Origin: Sphagnum compactum
Taxonomy: Eukaryota
Direction: 5' to 3'
Length of the DNA stretch: 64,000 nt
Assembly (NCBI GenBank): GCA_965153455.1
Contig: OZ234493.1
Coordinates: 5,146,001-5,210,000 of the forward strand
Shown: piece after piece, positions 25,750 to 39,400 of the stretch
Layout of the letters: each line of letters begins with the position of its first letter
Numbering within the stretch: the first letter of the stretch is position 1
Notes under the pieces: generated by a model
Database searches by the model: none
What the model saw: only the letters and a program-made list of their open reading frames with translations
Told to the model about the DNA's origin: nothing
Made by a program: the position numbers and the translations under genes

Positions 25750-26948
25750 ATGAACGCTCCGGATCGATATGAGCGGTTCGTGGTTCCTGAGGGTATGAAA
25801 AAGTAAGTATCTGTTGCGGCTTTGCTTTTGCATCTTGCACTAATTGTCTGTGCTTAGACTCGATCAATTAATTTGTGGCTCTGGAGACCTCGGATACCAT
25901 TCTCAGCGCTTTGATCAACCGGAAGCTGAAGAGAGGAAGACGATGATGATGATTGTGGTGCTCTGCTGGTGATATTGATGGCAGGGTGGCTTACGAGAGA
26001 GACATGAAGATTATGAACGCGGCGACCTTTACTGTGCAACGTGAGGACCATACAGTTGGGAATGTCCTTCGCATGTATGGAGTTTCTCCACCTTGCATCC
26101 TTCCATTGTATTTTTTGTTCGCAACCTTCTGAGAACCCGACTAGGCTAAGCAACAGTCTTGTCGTACTACTCTTTGCTTCTGATAGCCTGGCCTTCCAAT
26201 TTCTTAGATTCTCGGAATTCCCTCGTCCAGGCTTTAGGGTCTAGGGTTTGAGGCTCATGTTCATCTCCGTTGGTTGGTTCTCTGCTTGCTTTGATAAGGG
26301 CATCGCCTCCATTGCACAGTTATACTTACATTGAAGCTACTTACTACAAAATTGGCCAATGCTTCACAGAGGCTGCACTTCTGGAAATTCGGAATCCATA
26401 AAGAGTAGAATAAATACTTATTTTGGATGGATATGATTGCAGGCAACTTCATCGGGATCCAAGTGTTCTGTTTGCAGGTTACAAGCTGCCACACCCACTG
26501 CAGTACAAAATGGTGGTGAAGGTCAGGTCTTCCTTATTTTTCTTGGCCATTATTGTTGCTGCTGATATGGCGAAGAACAGCAAAGAACAGGCCATCACTT
26601 CTACTTCTCCTGTTGTTATTGTTGTTGACTGTGGAATTACTCATTCTTTTCTTAGGAGGTTATGTCCACAGATTCAAACCACCAGTCAGTCCACACCAAT
26701 GCAGGCATACAATTTGGCCATCACTGATCTGACCAAGGAGCTTGACCACTTGAAGGTGGCATTTGAGGTATGCGCATTAATCCTTTGATTGAATTAATAG
26801 AAAAAAATAGTGGAAACAACATGCCTTGTTATTGATTGTCAAATTCATATGGTTGTGCCATCCTCTTCAGGGCTGTTTTAGTACTCATGTTGTCATGATG
26901 GTGTGGTTGCAGCAAGAGATGGCACAGAAGCAGGCAGATTACTACTAG
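25750..26948 (+). CDS. NRPB11: DNA-directed RNA polymerases II/IV/V subunit 11 (117 aa, 5 exons)
   Basis: Exons 25750-25802, 25985-26074, 26443-26521, 26672-26767, 26913-26948, all GT-AG, total 354 nt: [117 protein letters not shown]. Contains the RPB11 signatures EDHTxGN and FAGYKxPHPL. Confidence 0.97.
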
Positions 26949-27322
26949 GCTGTGAAAGCATGGATGCTTGAGAACAAACTGGGAAATGGAGATCATAAGG
27001 AGATGAGTTTGCTCTTGATGTTTTCTTAAGGACAGCTTTCATGCAGGTCTTGATTGCCAGTTTTTCAGCAAGTTTCTCCTTGGGTACCAACAACAAATGT
27101 GGAAATGAGCCAAAAAAAGGCATTGTACATAACTGAAGCTTTAGCAGTAGCTTTGATCAAATTTTTTGACCATAGTGGACTAGAGAATGTGGCAATAGTT
27201 TGTGAAAGATGTGTACCAATTTCTTCTAGCTTTACAGCAAGTTTGGTGGGTATGTTAAGAAATTGGAAGATTCCTAGTTTCATGTTATCAAGCAAGATTT
27301 GAAACCTCTAAAAGAAAGCATG

Positions 27323-27353
<31 letters not shown>
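27323..27353. repeat. (GAT)n microsatellite
   Basis: ~10 GAT units. Confidence 0.95.
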
Positions 27354-28169
27354 CTGAAGGCCTTTCTACTCCAGAGGAGCCCCATGGGTGGTATGAAGGG
27401 ATTCTGACTAGCTTGCAAGAATCCACACAAATGTGTGCACTTGGACAGATCATGCATGCCTCTACAAATTCTGTTTGCCAGCAAGAAATTTTGGTGATGA
27501 GGGTTCAGAATATGCGCATCCTCCCACCCCCCCCAAAAGCCAGGGTTGCCAAAGCTTGGCCATCTAGAATAAGGCAAAGGCTCACAGCATGCTGCTGTCT
27601 TGACAAACATGTTTCAACAAATAGATTACCAGGGGTATCTTCAACATAAGTTGCTGTTCCAAAAGGAAACAGGAAGGATTCAGGCATGGTTTCCTGAAGC
27701 AGTTTTGCAACACTCCTCAGAAAAGAATCCAGCCATGTTACTGCTCAGCATTTGCTTCTCATCGCTCTCAGAGCTCCACTCCTCTATCAAAGCTGGATTG
27801 TGTCTCTCTTTTCCTGTCTCATTGTTGTCCCTACTTTTTGTCCCTGTTCAATCCTGGTGTACATCCAAAGGTGACTGGTGTCTGCATGCAGGTCTTTTGC
27901 AGATTTTGCCAGAACCTTAGCTCTCAGATACAATCAAATCTTTGGAACCAGCAGCCTGCATCCTCCGTCCTGCATGCTGCCAGCCATTATGTGATTGATC
28001 CATGCAGAATCGGTAAGATGTCGAAACCATCGCGCTGTTGAATGGAGGAGAGCGTATACAATGGTTTCGCTGCTGGCCAGTCACGTCGTGTGCACCTCCA
28101 TACGACATGCAGACAGGGAGAAGAGGTGCACTGGAAATCTTGATTACGTCCAGAAACTTAGCACGTGCT

Positions 28170-28315
28170 CATGTATTTACAAAGAAGACCTTAGCATCAT
28201 ACAGCAGCAGTGACATGCTCATATTTACAAAGAAACCTAGCATCATACGCCGGTGGCGGCGTGCCCATATTTACAAGAAAATCTTAGCATCATACGCCAG
28301 CGACGACATGCTGCG
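28170..28315. repeat. ~46-bp tandem repeat (3 copies) downstream of the MAKR stop
   Basis: ATTTACAA(A)GAA.A.CTTAGCATCATAC...ATGCT at ~28176, 28223, 28269. Confidence 0.8.
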
Positions 28316-28421
28316 AACAAATTAGTCGTGTTAGACTCCGATGATCTATCTTGTTCACCTTGTTACAGTGCCTGACGAGGTTTTGCGGACGATAGGTATT
28401 CACGAAGAAGGCGTAAGGAGG

Positions 28422-30071
28422 CTATGGCTTGCTGATTTGCGATTCTTTACAGTGTGCAATTGCACCTTGGATTGCACCGTGAAGCTCCGACACGGAGTTG
28501 CATGGCAACGGCGGCGTACCGACGCTACTACTGCGCATAACTGGAGATCGGCGTGGAGTGAGGAGAATATTTGTTGCTGGAGCGAATCTGGAGCTACGCG
28601 AGAACGATGGCAAGCTTCTGGAGCTTGACGTAGCCCGTAATGATCGTTTCTCGAAAGCCAAGAAAGGCGCCGCGGGCTGCCGATTGCAGGTATACGTGAC
28701 CTTGCAACTCCGCCCTGCTTTGCTCGACTCTTGATCGGCTGCTGCATCGGCCTTCGCATCTCTCTTGACATTCAGAGGCTTCAGGATCTTCATGTATTTC
28801 TGAATGTACTCCAGTGCTTTTGCCAAGCCTCTTTGGTCCCTCTCTCTTAGATGATCTGCATGAGCGTCTGCCTGCAGAATTGCACGCTCAAATGCTCTGG
28901 CAGCTTTCCCTATATCTCCAGAGTATGATAACTCGCCGCTGCAATCACTGAAGTATCTCTCCGAGAGATCACGAGGATCGAAGCAATCGGGGTTTGAAGC
29001 CTCGAGTATGAAGTTGTCATCGACGACTCGACGACTGACCGGACGCCGTTGCTGCTGCTGACCTCCTTTCTCTTCCGTCGCGACCGCCTTCGACATCGAC
29101 TTCTTGGCTCCGAACAACAAGAGCTGCTTCCACTTGAAAGTAGGTCTCATCCACGCGGAGAGGTTTGATGTATGGGAGCTGCAGCTTTGGGTATTGAAAA
29201 CCTCGACTCGGTTCATGTGCAAAGACGCTTTGTTTCCGCTAGCCGATGCTGCAGTCGTCCGCAATTCCAGCTTGCCGCTGCTGCTGCTGAAGCACGAATC
29301 CTGTGAGCTGCCGCTGGAGTCCCGCGAGCTGCTGCTCTCTCTGCTGGACGAGTCTCTGTCCGTTAACGAATCCCTTGAATCTCTCGGATCCTGCAACCAA
29401 CTGTTCCTTGATCGGGAGTAATTTCTTCCAGGACTTGGAGAGCAACCGTTTGAATGACTAGCTGTGCTTGCAGTCGAGAAGGAAGGAGCGACGTCGTTAC
29501 TGACCTGCACCGTGCTGCAGGACGTGAAGGCCTTCTGTTGCAGAAGTACTACTGGATCCGGTAGCTTGAGTGGAGGTATGATTTTCGAGAGACATCGTTG
29601 TTTACGCTCACTCTCCTGCTGTTTCTCAGAGGAAAGTTTGAGCACCATTTGCAGACGAGGGGGAAGATGGAGGGGAAGAAGCTGTCCTCTGAAGAAAAGC
29701 TCATCAGCAGGGGAATCTGTGGCCGAATATGGAAAGCTGCTGCTGCGCTCCACGAAGGAAGAAGAAATGTTGAACTCGAACTCTTGTGCAGCATTAGAGG
29801 GAAAGACCGAGCGATCTCCTGTCGACATCATCGAACCGCCAGATGGGTCCAAGCTAGTGTTGTCGTTTACGAACTGTATGGCTTGCTCGTGCAAATTATT
29901 GTCAATGCCGTCGTCATGATCTTCATCTGCTGCACCAGCTGCTGCTTCCGATGCCCAAAATAATGAGAAGCGCTTCTCCCACTCACCACACTCGGAACTG
30001 GCCCCACCTTCAGGTCTACGAAATTTTATGCCTGACAGATCTCGACAACTCCAATTGTCGGACTCTTCCAT
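28422..30071 (-). CDS. BKI1/MAKR-family membrane-associated kinase regulator (~549 aa, single exon)
   Basis: Family motifs EFEF...SPADELFFRGQLLPLH(LPPRLQMV), YIQKYMKILKPL, and C-terminal ELHGAIQGAIAHCKES; Ser-rich linker. First in-frame ATG at 30071 (the ORF track starts at GTG 30077), with an in-frame stop upstream. Confidence 0.9.
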   Translation of the reverse strand: MEESDNWSCRDLSGIKFRRPEGGASSECGEWEKRFSLFWASEAAAGAADEDHDDGIDNNLHEQAIQFVNDNTSLDPSGGSMMSTGDRSVFPSNAAQEFEFNISSSFVERSSSFPYSATDSPADELFFRGQLLPLHLPPRLQMVLKLSSEKQQESERKQRCLSKIIPPLKLPDPVVLLQQKAFTSCSTVQVSNDVAPSFSTASTASHSNGCSPSPGRNYSRSRNSWLQDPRDSRDSLTDRDSSSRESSSSRDSSGSSQDSCFSSSSGKLELRTTAASASGNKASLHMNRVEVFNTQSCSSHTSNLSAWMRPTFKWKQLLLFGAKKSMSKAVATEEKGGQQQQRRPVSRRVVDDNFILEASNPDCFDPRDLSERYFSDCSGELSYSGDIGKAARAFERAILQADAHADHLRERDQRGLAKALEYIQKYMKILKPLNVKRDAKADAAADQESSKAGRSCKVTYTCNRQPAAPFLAFEKRSLRATSSSRSLPSFSRSSRFAPATNILLTPRRSPVMRSSSVGTPPLPCNSVSELHGAIQGAIAHCKESQISKP

Positions 30072-30310
30072 CTCCACCGATACAGTCTTAAGGTCCTGGC
30101 AAGAAACCTTAGTCTATATCCCTTGTCAAATCGAAATCTTGCAGCAAGTGATCCAGAGTTTTCCACTGCTCCCACAGCTTCCCAGTTCGACGTGATCTCT
30201 ATCCGGTATACATTCTGCTCCGGATGCTCTTCAATTGATTTTTTGATGCTTCTGCGGCAGCGTATACCCAATGTCTTGATTTCGCCTTCTTCCAACTCGT
30301 GAGCTTTGCT

Positions 30311-30451
30311 CTATCTCCGTGCTGAAGTAGGCCGGGAGTGACTAAAAGCAGCCATGACTAAGAAGCTGCGAACGTGGACAGAATATTTTGATGAGAGCAT
30401 ATATCCCGATTCTCGGAGTTGCAACTATTTGTTTGCGATAGCTTCCACCAT
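30311..30451 (-). promoter_or_regulatory. Two candidate upstream ORFs of the MAKR gene
   Basis: 30451-30425 MVEAIANK* (ACCATGG context) and 30400-30311 MLSSKYSVHVRSFLVMAAFSHSRPTSARR*; TSS not known. Confidence 0.4.
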
Positions 30452-33400
30452 GGTACTAGTGATCAGCTCATCAAGCTCGCCAATCCGTTGTTGTTGTTGT
30501 TTGCACTTTACACCCCCAAAAGAATAAGCGCAGCTGAAAATAATCTAACCGGAAAAACAAGAGCCAAAAAAAAAATAAAAATTTGCTAGCTAGCTAGCTT
30601 GTAGCTGTGCAGCTTGCTTCCAAATTTGCTCCACGGATCGATCTCACGGTTCTAGACCTTTCATTCTCCCCCCGCGGAAAAAGTTCAACCCAAATTGAAA
30701 GAAAGAAAGAAAGAAAGAAAGCTCATAGAGGATGCAATATTCAAAGAGTTTGGAAAACACCCATTTTACTTATGTTGATGATGCAAACAGAATGGCGGCG
30801 TCAGACAACGACTGTGAGACAGACACACAGAAAGAGAGAGAGAAGAGCGCGGCGCACAGACGGAGACGTGTTCTGATGATCGGTACTTAGCTCAAAACCA
30901 CATTACGTATTTGTGGTATGTTTGTGTGTGACAAATTACCTGGGCAGTTTGGTTTGGTATTCTTTTTATTCTTTTGGGTGTTTCCTAGAGCTAAACGAGG
31001 GGCACGCTGGTTTCTCACTACCGTAGTACCTTGGCGCTAGCAGCAGTTTTGATACTAAATTATGTTACTTGTAGAAGTGTTGAAATTTGTCGAAGAAGAA
31101 AAATTTGTGAAGTTGAAATAGAGAATCGTTTGGAATACTTATTATGGAATATTTCATTTTTTGGCATGGAATCTTCAAAAATTAAATACGTATTCGACAT
31201 TGAAATGTTGAACTTGCCACGTTAGTACCCCTAGTAGTAGTAGTACACGGACTGCTTCAACACTTCTGTTAATAAGTTAATTTTGAAGATTCCATGTCAC
31301 AAACTACAATATTCCACAAGATATATTCCAAAAGGTTCTTTACTTTCCTTTACAAAATTCTGTTCTTTGAATTTTTATTTATTTTTAAATTTCAACATTT
31401 CTACAAATAATACAATTGGTGTTAAAGCTGCTGCCAAGGAACTACAATATTTGTTTCTCCTTGGAAGTCAAGACATTTCCTGATGGTAAATGGGGGGTTT
31501 GTTAATTCTTGGATTCTTCAAAGTATGATTCCAATAAAAATCTGACATTAATTAAAAACCCCTTCAAATATTTTTATACGTCTGGTACTTTAGCTCAATT
31601 TGTGAATGAACGTAATTATGTGCTGCATATGAAACGCATTGCATATTTGTGTTTTGGTTGTGTCTGCCAAATTACATGCATGGTTTGGTTTTTTATCAGC
31701 CTTGGAAAAGGCACATTGTTCTGACTCATTGGTAGATTTGAAGTTCTTGGTGAAAGGGATTTTTTTTTCTTGGAATCTGGTAGCTTCCATTCATTCAAAA
31801 ATAGGAAACCAATAAAACTTGACTATCATCCTAAAAGAATCAAACTAAATTTCTTTTTAAATTAATCTTTAAAAATCAACAAGTAATTTATAAAGACCAT
31901 ATTCAAATAAAATTATACCATGTTTTTGAGATATAAATTAGCCCCACATTGAATAGGGTTTTCAATTTTTGGAATTTGATCTTATGGTCGAGTTCTTTTT
32001 GGACATTAGCACAAATGAATGAAAAAATCGGTTAAATGTGACCTTGGCATGTCACCAATCACAACCGTGAAGTATGCAATTCCCTCTTGATCCACCCCAT
32101 TGTAAACATGCCTGAATGTGTTTGAACCAAAGTGATTTATGAGTGAGCTCCAACTTGATGAAATATTTTAGAATCGCTGATAGTCTTCAACACCTTTTAA
32201 ATGGGTCATTGTCAAGTGGCTTTGCATAATGCAATAACATTTTTTAAATGAATAATGTGTAAACAACCAATTCTACTATATTTAAGCTTATGTAATGATC
32301 AAAGATACTAGAAATTTGTATATTATGTAGTAGGTTCTTTGTGCATGCAATTGCCAAGTGAAATGGTTGAGATTAGGTACATTTAAAGTTTAACCTAATC
32401 ACACAAAAGGAGATTATATTACATAAGCTTATAATATTAATCACAGAAACATGCGCTCAAAAATTCAAGTGTTCTGTCCTTTTCTTTTCCATGGAGAGAT
32501 GTATTGAAACTTGGTGAAATTTCTTAATCTAGACACCAAAGTTTAAAATAAAGGTGGACATAATGACTTGTCAGAGATCACCCAGTGTATTGGGAGGCCA
32601 CCTTAAATCCATAAGATTCCCTCTTGAGAGGGAAGCTTTTCTTATGTTTTTGGGTGGGCTCTTATGCATTTCTTAAGGGCCTGTCACTTTTTCTTCACAT
32701 GCGTGACAAGTCATTGCACACAATAAAGCCCTTGGACAGGGGCGGTACTAGAATAAGGTGCCCGCCCGTCCACAGGCTGTACCTACCACTTAAGCATATT
32801 CTACTCCCGAAAAGTTTTCTAACATGGAGGACAGTTTTGCTCACAAATATCTCCCATTTTTTGATTTCAAGACTTTTGAGAATGGAGCAAGCTTGGTGTA
32901 TGATGCAAGCATCCATGAAAATTGCAACTAGGTGAACTTAGGCACTGAATACTAAGTTAGGTCATGCTTCAAACTTGGGTATCGAAAGACCTAATTAATT
33001 TAACAGGCTAGGATGAGTGGCTTTCCACCCTAACTTCAGACCTGCAACAATTGTCCCCCCTTGATTGTTCCTTAATCAACTTTATAATTAGATGCGTTTC
33101 TGGAGCATGATGAAGTTTAAGACAAGTGTAGGTGTGGGGTGGGTGGATGCATTAGTCAGGAGTGGTTGCTTAGGGCCTTGAAATATGGAGATCATTAGAG
33201 GATTTGGAGGTGGTGGGGGCTGGTCGGTCATTATAAGTGAACCAAAAACAAAACGCATGGCTCTGTGCACACAGAGGAATGTGTGAATGTGTGCCCCTTT
33301 TCTGTTGTGGGATTGGACATGGAGAGCTTCTTCTTCTAAGCCCTGCTGCCATTGTCCACAAAGTATCTAGCCATGTCTGTATGCTCAAAGGAATGTGTGC

Positions 33401-36400
33401 CCTTTTTGTTGTTTCCAAGTGCAGTCGCCTTCTAGACGCTGCCATATCTACCAAATACCAACCAACTACAGACCGTGAGAGGGCTGGAAAACCAATGAAC
33501 TAAGAATTGGGTGGGTAACAATCAAGGAACTGCATGGACTACAAGATGAAAAATGTCTCAGGTTCGAAAACCAACGAAATAAAAAGGGTGTTCAACAGAA
33601 GTTTCTGCAGAGCCCACCTAGTCATAACAATGAACTCTAAAGAAACTGTACAGCTTTAGAGCATCTCCACCCCCAGCAGTAAAACGACCTGTACACATTA
33701 CTTTTGATGAAGTATAGCAATCTAATAGTGTGAAACTCAGTTCAGGCTTGCAAACATGCTCAGAATACAGTGCCTTCCAAGAGGGCCAGTAGCAGCGAAA
33801 TGAATGTTTTTTATTGGCCAGCCATACTGATCTGCTCAAGTGGGGACATCTCTCAATTATATTGTCCACATTTTCATATTTATGGGTGGGAATGGGGGAT
33901 AATTAACACAGTTTTTTGGATGTGGTAAATACTGATAGAGACCCAAAGGGGGTGGGGGTCGAGATGTTCTTAATTATAACATGAAAAACTGTTTTGGATG
34001 TGAATGTAATTTGGTTTATCTTTTGGCATGCAACACTCTGCCATCTTCCTGAGTGTTTTAACACGCTGAGGACAACAACTTTTGAATCATAGCATAAAAT
34101 GGACTATAGAAAGTTAATTCCTTAAGGTTCTTAATTAAGATATTGGAATTTCAATTTTTTCTTTTTTGGACAAACTGAAAAGTCACAGTTCTGTAGTTTA
34201 AAGTCCCCTTGAGTTGCTAGATGGACTAAGTTTAGGGACACACCAAATAAAATAAGTGAGTAAATATTCTACCTACATGAATTTAAAAACTCCTTGATCC
34301 AACAATTGCAAATGTTGCAATTCAGCAATTTATACACTTGACAAGGTGCCATGCAGAAAGGAAGTTGGGGACAGGATTGGGGAATCTATATCATGTTAGC
34401 AACTAATCTCCCAAGAAAAAAAAAGTTAAAATTCAGGGTAAAAGAAGGTGAAGTAAAAAAATTGAGGCTTAAAAGGGGTTTATCTTCCACTTTTCTCTTT
34501 ACAATGAATATAATTACAATAAGGATTGGTACTTGAGAAAATGCAATTTTCAATTCATGAACTACATAGCAAGCAGCAGAATACCTAACTTGTAAGCTAT
34601 TTATGCCTATGCTATTTAGTAGATTATGTAAGTATCTATTAGTCTATTAATAGACTTAACCTAAACATATTAGGTAAATAGTCTAGCTTATTAGGTAGGT
34701 TTAAACCCTGGTTACCTACCTAATAGGCTAAGCTACCTACCTAGTATGCCTAGGTGACCTAACTTAAGTTTTACATACTTAATAAGTTTAGGTAGCCTAG
34801 GTTAGGCTATGTACCTACCTAGTAGGCTTAAGTGGTTTATACTACATAGTTATGAAGTAGACCTCAATAGTTTCTAGGTTAGGCTACCTACTTAATAAAC
34901 TTAAGTGACCTAGACTATTTACATAACTAGTAGGATAGACTACATACTTACTAAGTGTATATAAGAAACCAACTCAAAATTGAGCTTTGCATACATGTTT
35001 ATCATAGGTGCACTGTAGTTTGTTACAATGTCCAATTACTTACTGTTTGGAAGAATATAGGGTAAAATTGCCTATCATCAAACACATACTTATCATCAAA
35101 CATTTTTCAATATTTTCCTCATCCTTTCATCAAATTGAATGATTTTTGTGTCGTTGGACTTGCAAACTAGAGGGTCACAAATGTTCTTTGAACATTAGAG
35201 GTAAAGGAGCAACAAAGGAAGATGAAGTGATAGTTTGCTTCAATTTTTTTGAAAAATAAATGTAGACCTCTCTCTACTTTCAACCTCATATCTTCCTCAA
35301 AAGGGATTAAAAACCTGATGAGTGTGTCAACTAAGGCTTTTCAAAACTCAAAATCTTAATCTGTTTTTAATTCACCCATCATCGAACACTGAACCCCCTA
35401 ACATCAAACATCGATATTTTTCTCATTCCTTTATTGAATTGAGCAATTTGTGCAGCATTGGAAGCACTAGGTGGACAATTATTAATATTCTTTGAGCTTC
35501 AAAAGTAAAGGAACAATGTGTGACAGTTTGACCTCCTTGGAGTTCTTTAAATGTTCATTCATCAACCTATCTACCTTAGACTCTTAACACTTTGAAATAT
35601 CATCACTTATGTTCTTTTATCATATAATCATAGCAATCTGTTTGACAGGGTTAAAAGCAGTGTTGTGGAGTTCTTCTTGAGAGAACCTTTGATTTGATTT
35701 TAAGATTTATGTAAAGGTTCTCTGTGTAGGGGCTACATACATATATTTTTTCAGGATTCATCCAAATCTAGAAAAACATTTTCTCCAGGTTCAGTTCTTG
35801 TATCGGTTCCAACAAAATGATGTCAACTCAGGTCCAGGTCACAAGAATAAGCAGTCCACAAGCAATTCGAAGCAATCCTGCGTGCTTGGGAGAATTGCAA
35901 GAAGGGTGATGCAATATTATAATGAGAAATATCATGAAAGAATCGCAAGCATTATATAAGTAGCTCCCATCAGGGATAACTGTAGTGAACTGAGGAGTGA
36001 ACAACCCACCTGGGGATCATTTTCTCATGATCATGGGGGACAGATGGCGCATTCAAATGCATGCTGAACACGGAATAAAAAGATGACATCCTCATGATAC
36101 TTTCCATTTGGGCCCTGCCTTTGTCAGTTCTTCTTTCCAGGCATTTTCTCTTTGCAACCCAAGAATTCATTTTCCCCTTGAAGCGTCTACACTCAACAGT
36201 TTGATCTCTCCTTTGGAAGAAGCAACATTCTGACAGCCAGAGTGAACCAGCACCAACCGGCACACCCTACAGGATGGATGTTCTGTGTAGGGTAATGCCC
36301 GAGGCTGTGGGCATTTTCGGAATCAGTGCCCGTGTGAAGCAAAGGTGGGCCTGATTCCAGTAATGCCTGCAACCTTGGGTATTACATGGCGTAAAAATTA

Positions 36401-39400
36401 ATGCATCATTTTACTTGTTTTAATCCATGATACCTGGTGGGTATCATGATAAAAGTAGCATGGGCATTTTGAAAAGTAAAATGCCCACTCGTTGCCGATG
36501 CCTGATAATGGCATGTTAGGGCATCCTAAATTTACACTGCCAAAAAGTGATAGAAGTTTTTACATGGACAGGAAAATGCTTTTTTAAAGTATTCCTGTCC
36601 CATAACTAACCCTGGTGGTTAGGTATGTACTAACCCATTCACATTGGATCTACCTTCCAATTGCCCAACCTACCTTCCTATCTACATAGTAACCACTTAA
36701 TAATGCAGCTCAGTTTTGTATATACATGATTAAGAAACAAAGTGTCCAAAAAAATCATAGTTATGTATGTGCAAATGGATGAAAATAATTTGTATCAACA
36801 ATGAGTAAGTTTGTGAAAATTTCAAAAATTTGTTGAAACTACAAATTGAGGCTGGGAATGCAAGACCTTTCCCAGTTTGAACTTTGGAGCTTATTAGTAC
36901 TGGCCTTTTTTTTCATTCTCTAACATTTTTTGTTAACATGTGTTGGATATTTTAAACTTAACCTCAACCCAACCCTCCACTTTGATGACCACCCTCCCTA
37001 TACACTCTCATTTGTTGACATTTATTTGGTTGGAGGCAACTATTGCCAATTGTCAATAAAGAGTGGAAAAGCTATGAAGGAGAAAGAGTGGAAAAATTCT
37101 CACCAGCATTTGCCAAAAACTCTAACCACTTCCTCTCAAGTGTTGAGAGCAACCCAGTTCAAAAAAAAACTATTTCAGTGTGGAATCAGACCTGAACACA
37201 GGGTATTTATTACTTACCTACTTATGATACTTAGCCATTTACATTGGTAGTTACCGCTGGTGGGCATTTAAAAAAAATTATAACCTCCCAAGTCAGGTAT
37301 AGTATTTGCAAATTTTCAAAATCAAAGAACCCCAGTTCCAGCTTCTTTTTCTGATTTTCAAAACAAAACAACTGTTGGATTAGGGTTTTGAAACTTGCAA
37401 AGAATTGACAGGTTTCTTAAAAGAACTGGAAAAGAACCAGTGGTTCAGGGTAGGTTCCTTGATAAATTCTTTGATTTCTTTCAAAACAGTGGTAAAATGG
37501 TTTTTTGATTTTTGACAACCATCAATTGGGGATCCATAAACTTGACCCCTTACCAATTGGTTCTTTCTTTGAAAACTGCCCAACATGCATAGTTACCTAA
37601 TAGTGGGAGGTGGAAGTAGGGAGTCTTACATGATAAGTTGGTAACAGCTGTGGTCCATACAACTCAGACATAAGGGGTTACCAACGGATGGTGCACTAGT
37701 GGTTGCTGGAATCCCATCCACCCACCTGCGTCTCAATTCACTTGCTTTGCAGACCTTGGCCATCAAACTCATTTTGATTTTATCACAATGATCATCTTAA
37801 ATTCAAAGCCTATTGCATAAGATTACCCCAACCCTTTTGGAGACCTCCATCAACCTAAATGTGAAAAGGCTGGTCATCAGTTGGAAAGTCGTCCCTGGAA
37901 AATGAACAAAATACCTTGTTGCCTCATCCTTAACAGATGGACAGCTTTAAGGGCAAGAACATTCTCCAATGACTCAGAAGCACCCAGTTTCCCATGCTTT
38001 GAAGTAACTTATGAGGGGATCTAGTGATAACAATTGCATGGTTGTGGTTAGCTATTTCTTCTTTGAAAAGACCTTAGATGGTTCCAAGAAGAATAATGAG
38101 TTATTTCATTCATTCCATTGAGTGTAGAATGTAGTATGTAGAATGGTAGATTGGAAGGAGATAAATCCAACAATCAAAATCCAATAAACAAAGAGTTTAG
38201 AAATTATGTATGTAAGAAAATTCTATCAAGAAGCATGAAGCAAACACTCACCATATATCATGATTTGTTTGTGAATATCACATGTTAGCCAAATAGAACA
38301 AAGGTCTCCTTCAAACTTGAAAAGGAACATATTTCTAACCATAGTAAGAAATAGAGCAAACATGGATTGCTTTTTGTTGCTCTAGTTCAAACTACCTCAC
38401 CAACATAAATGTTGAGCCAAATGTACAATGCCTAGCTTCGAATTATCAACCAAAGTTGCTTCACAAGAATCATTATTGTATGCTACTAAACTAGTGTTCA
38501 ATGCTATCAAAATTTAACAAAGTCCACCCAATAAAACATATACACAAATATGCACCTTGACACTTGGATTTTCACATTGCAGGTGAATTATACTTTGGTT
38601 AGTGATGAGATCCAGAGACGCTCCCTAGGGATAACACAAATATGGAAAGCTTGGAAGCTGTTCACATTGAATTAAGTTCTAGCAACAAAATAAAACACGC
38701 AAACATTTATACTTAACATCATTTACTTTTGAGTTGTTACAAACATTTGTCTTGATTCATTGAAGGATGCTAGGCACATATCAATAATGCTTTCATAAAA
38801 GTGATGGTTTTGGTATTTAATTGTCTTGAAATACATTCATCCATTTTGATAATGTTTCCACTAAATTCATGGTTTTTTGAAATAGAGATTCTCACACTAA
38901 CATTGTGATTGTTGTTTATAAAGCACGAATTAAATTCAATTGTGTTTTGGGTCAAAACGTGTAGCAAGGAGCCAAAAAGGGTGTCAAATATTAGACATAA
39001 TCAGTCAAAACTAAACATTTATTTTTTATTACCATTTGAAACCATAGTTAGTCCTTTTTTCTTCATATGAATGTCAAAGAACTTAAAATAAAAATTCATT
39101 TGATACAAATTAAAATTTTTGTTTAATTTAAAGCATCTAAAAATGTACACCTTATAATTCAAAAGGACTCATTTAATAAAAGAATTTTCATTAAAAGATA
39201 AAACAATAAGAACATATTAACCACACTAAAAAAACACTCATAATTTTTAAAATATGAAATTCTAAAACTTTAAAAATTCAAAAAATGTTTCAAAATTGCT
39301 TCAAATTTTTAGAGTTTCAAAAGTCTTTTACCACATATAAATGGGTTAAAATGTACATAATGTTTAAGAGAAGTCATATCTTAAAGTATAATAAAATTAA

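Noticed and set aside
28498-29963. Plus-strand ORFs of 78-151 aa
   Set aside because: Antisense shadows of the MAKR coding sequence
33170-33869. Possible minus-strand gene fragment (MDNIIERCPHLSRSVW...)
   Set aside because: No recognisable family, stops in all frames, no consistent splice model
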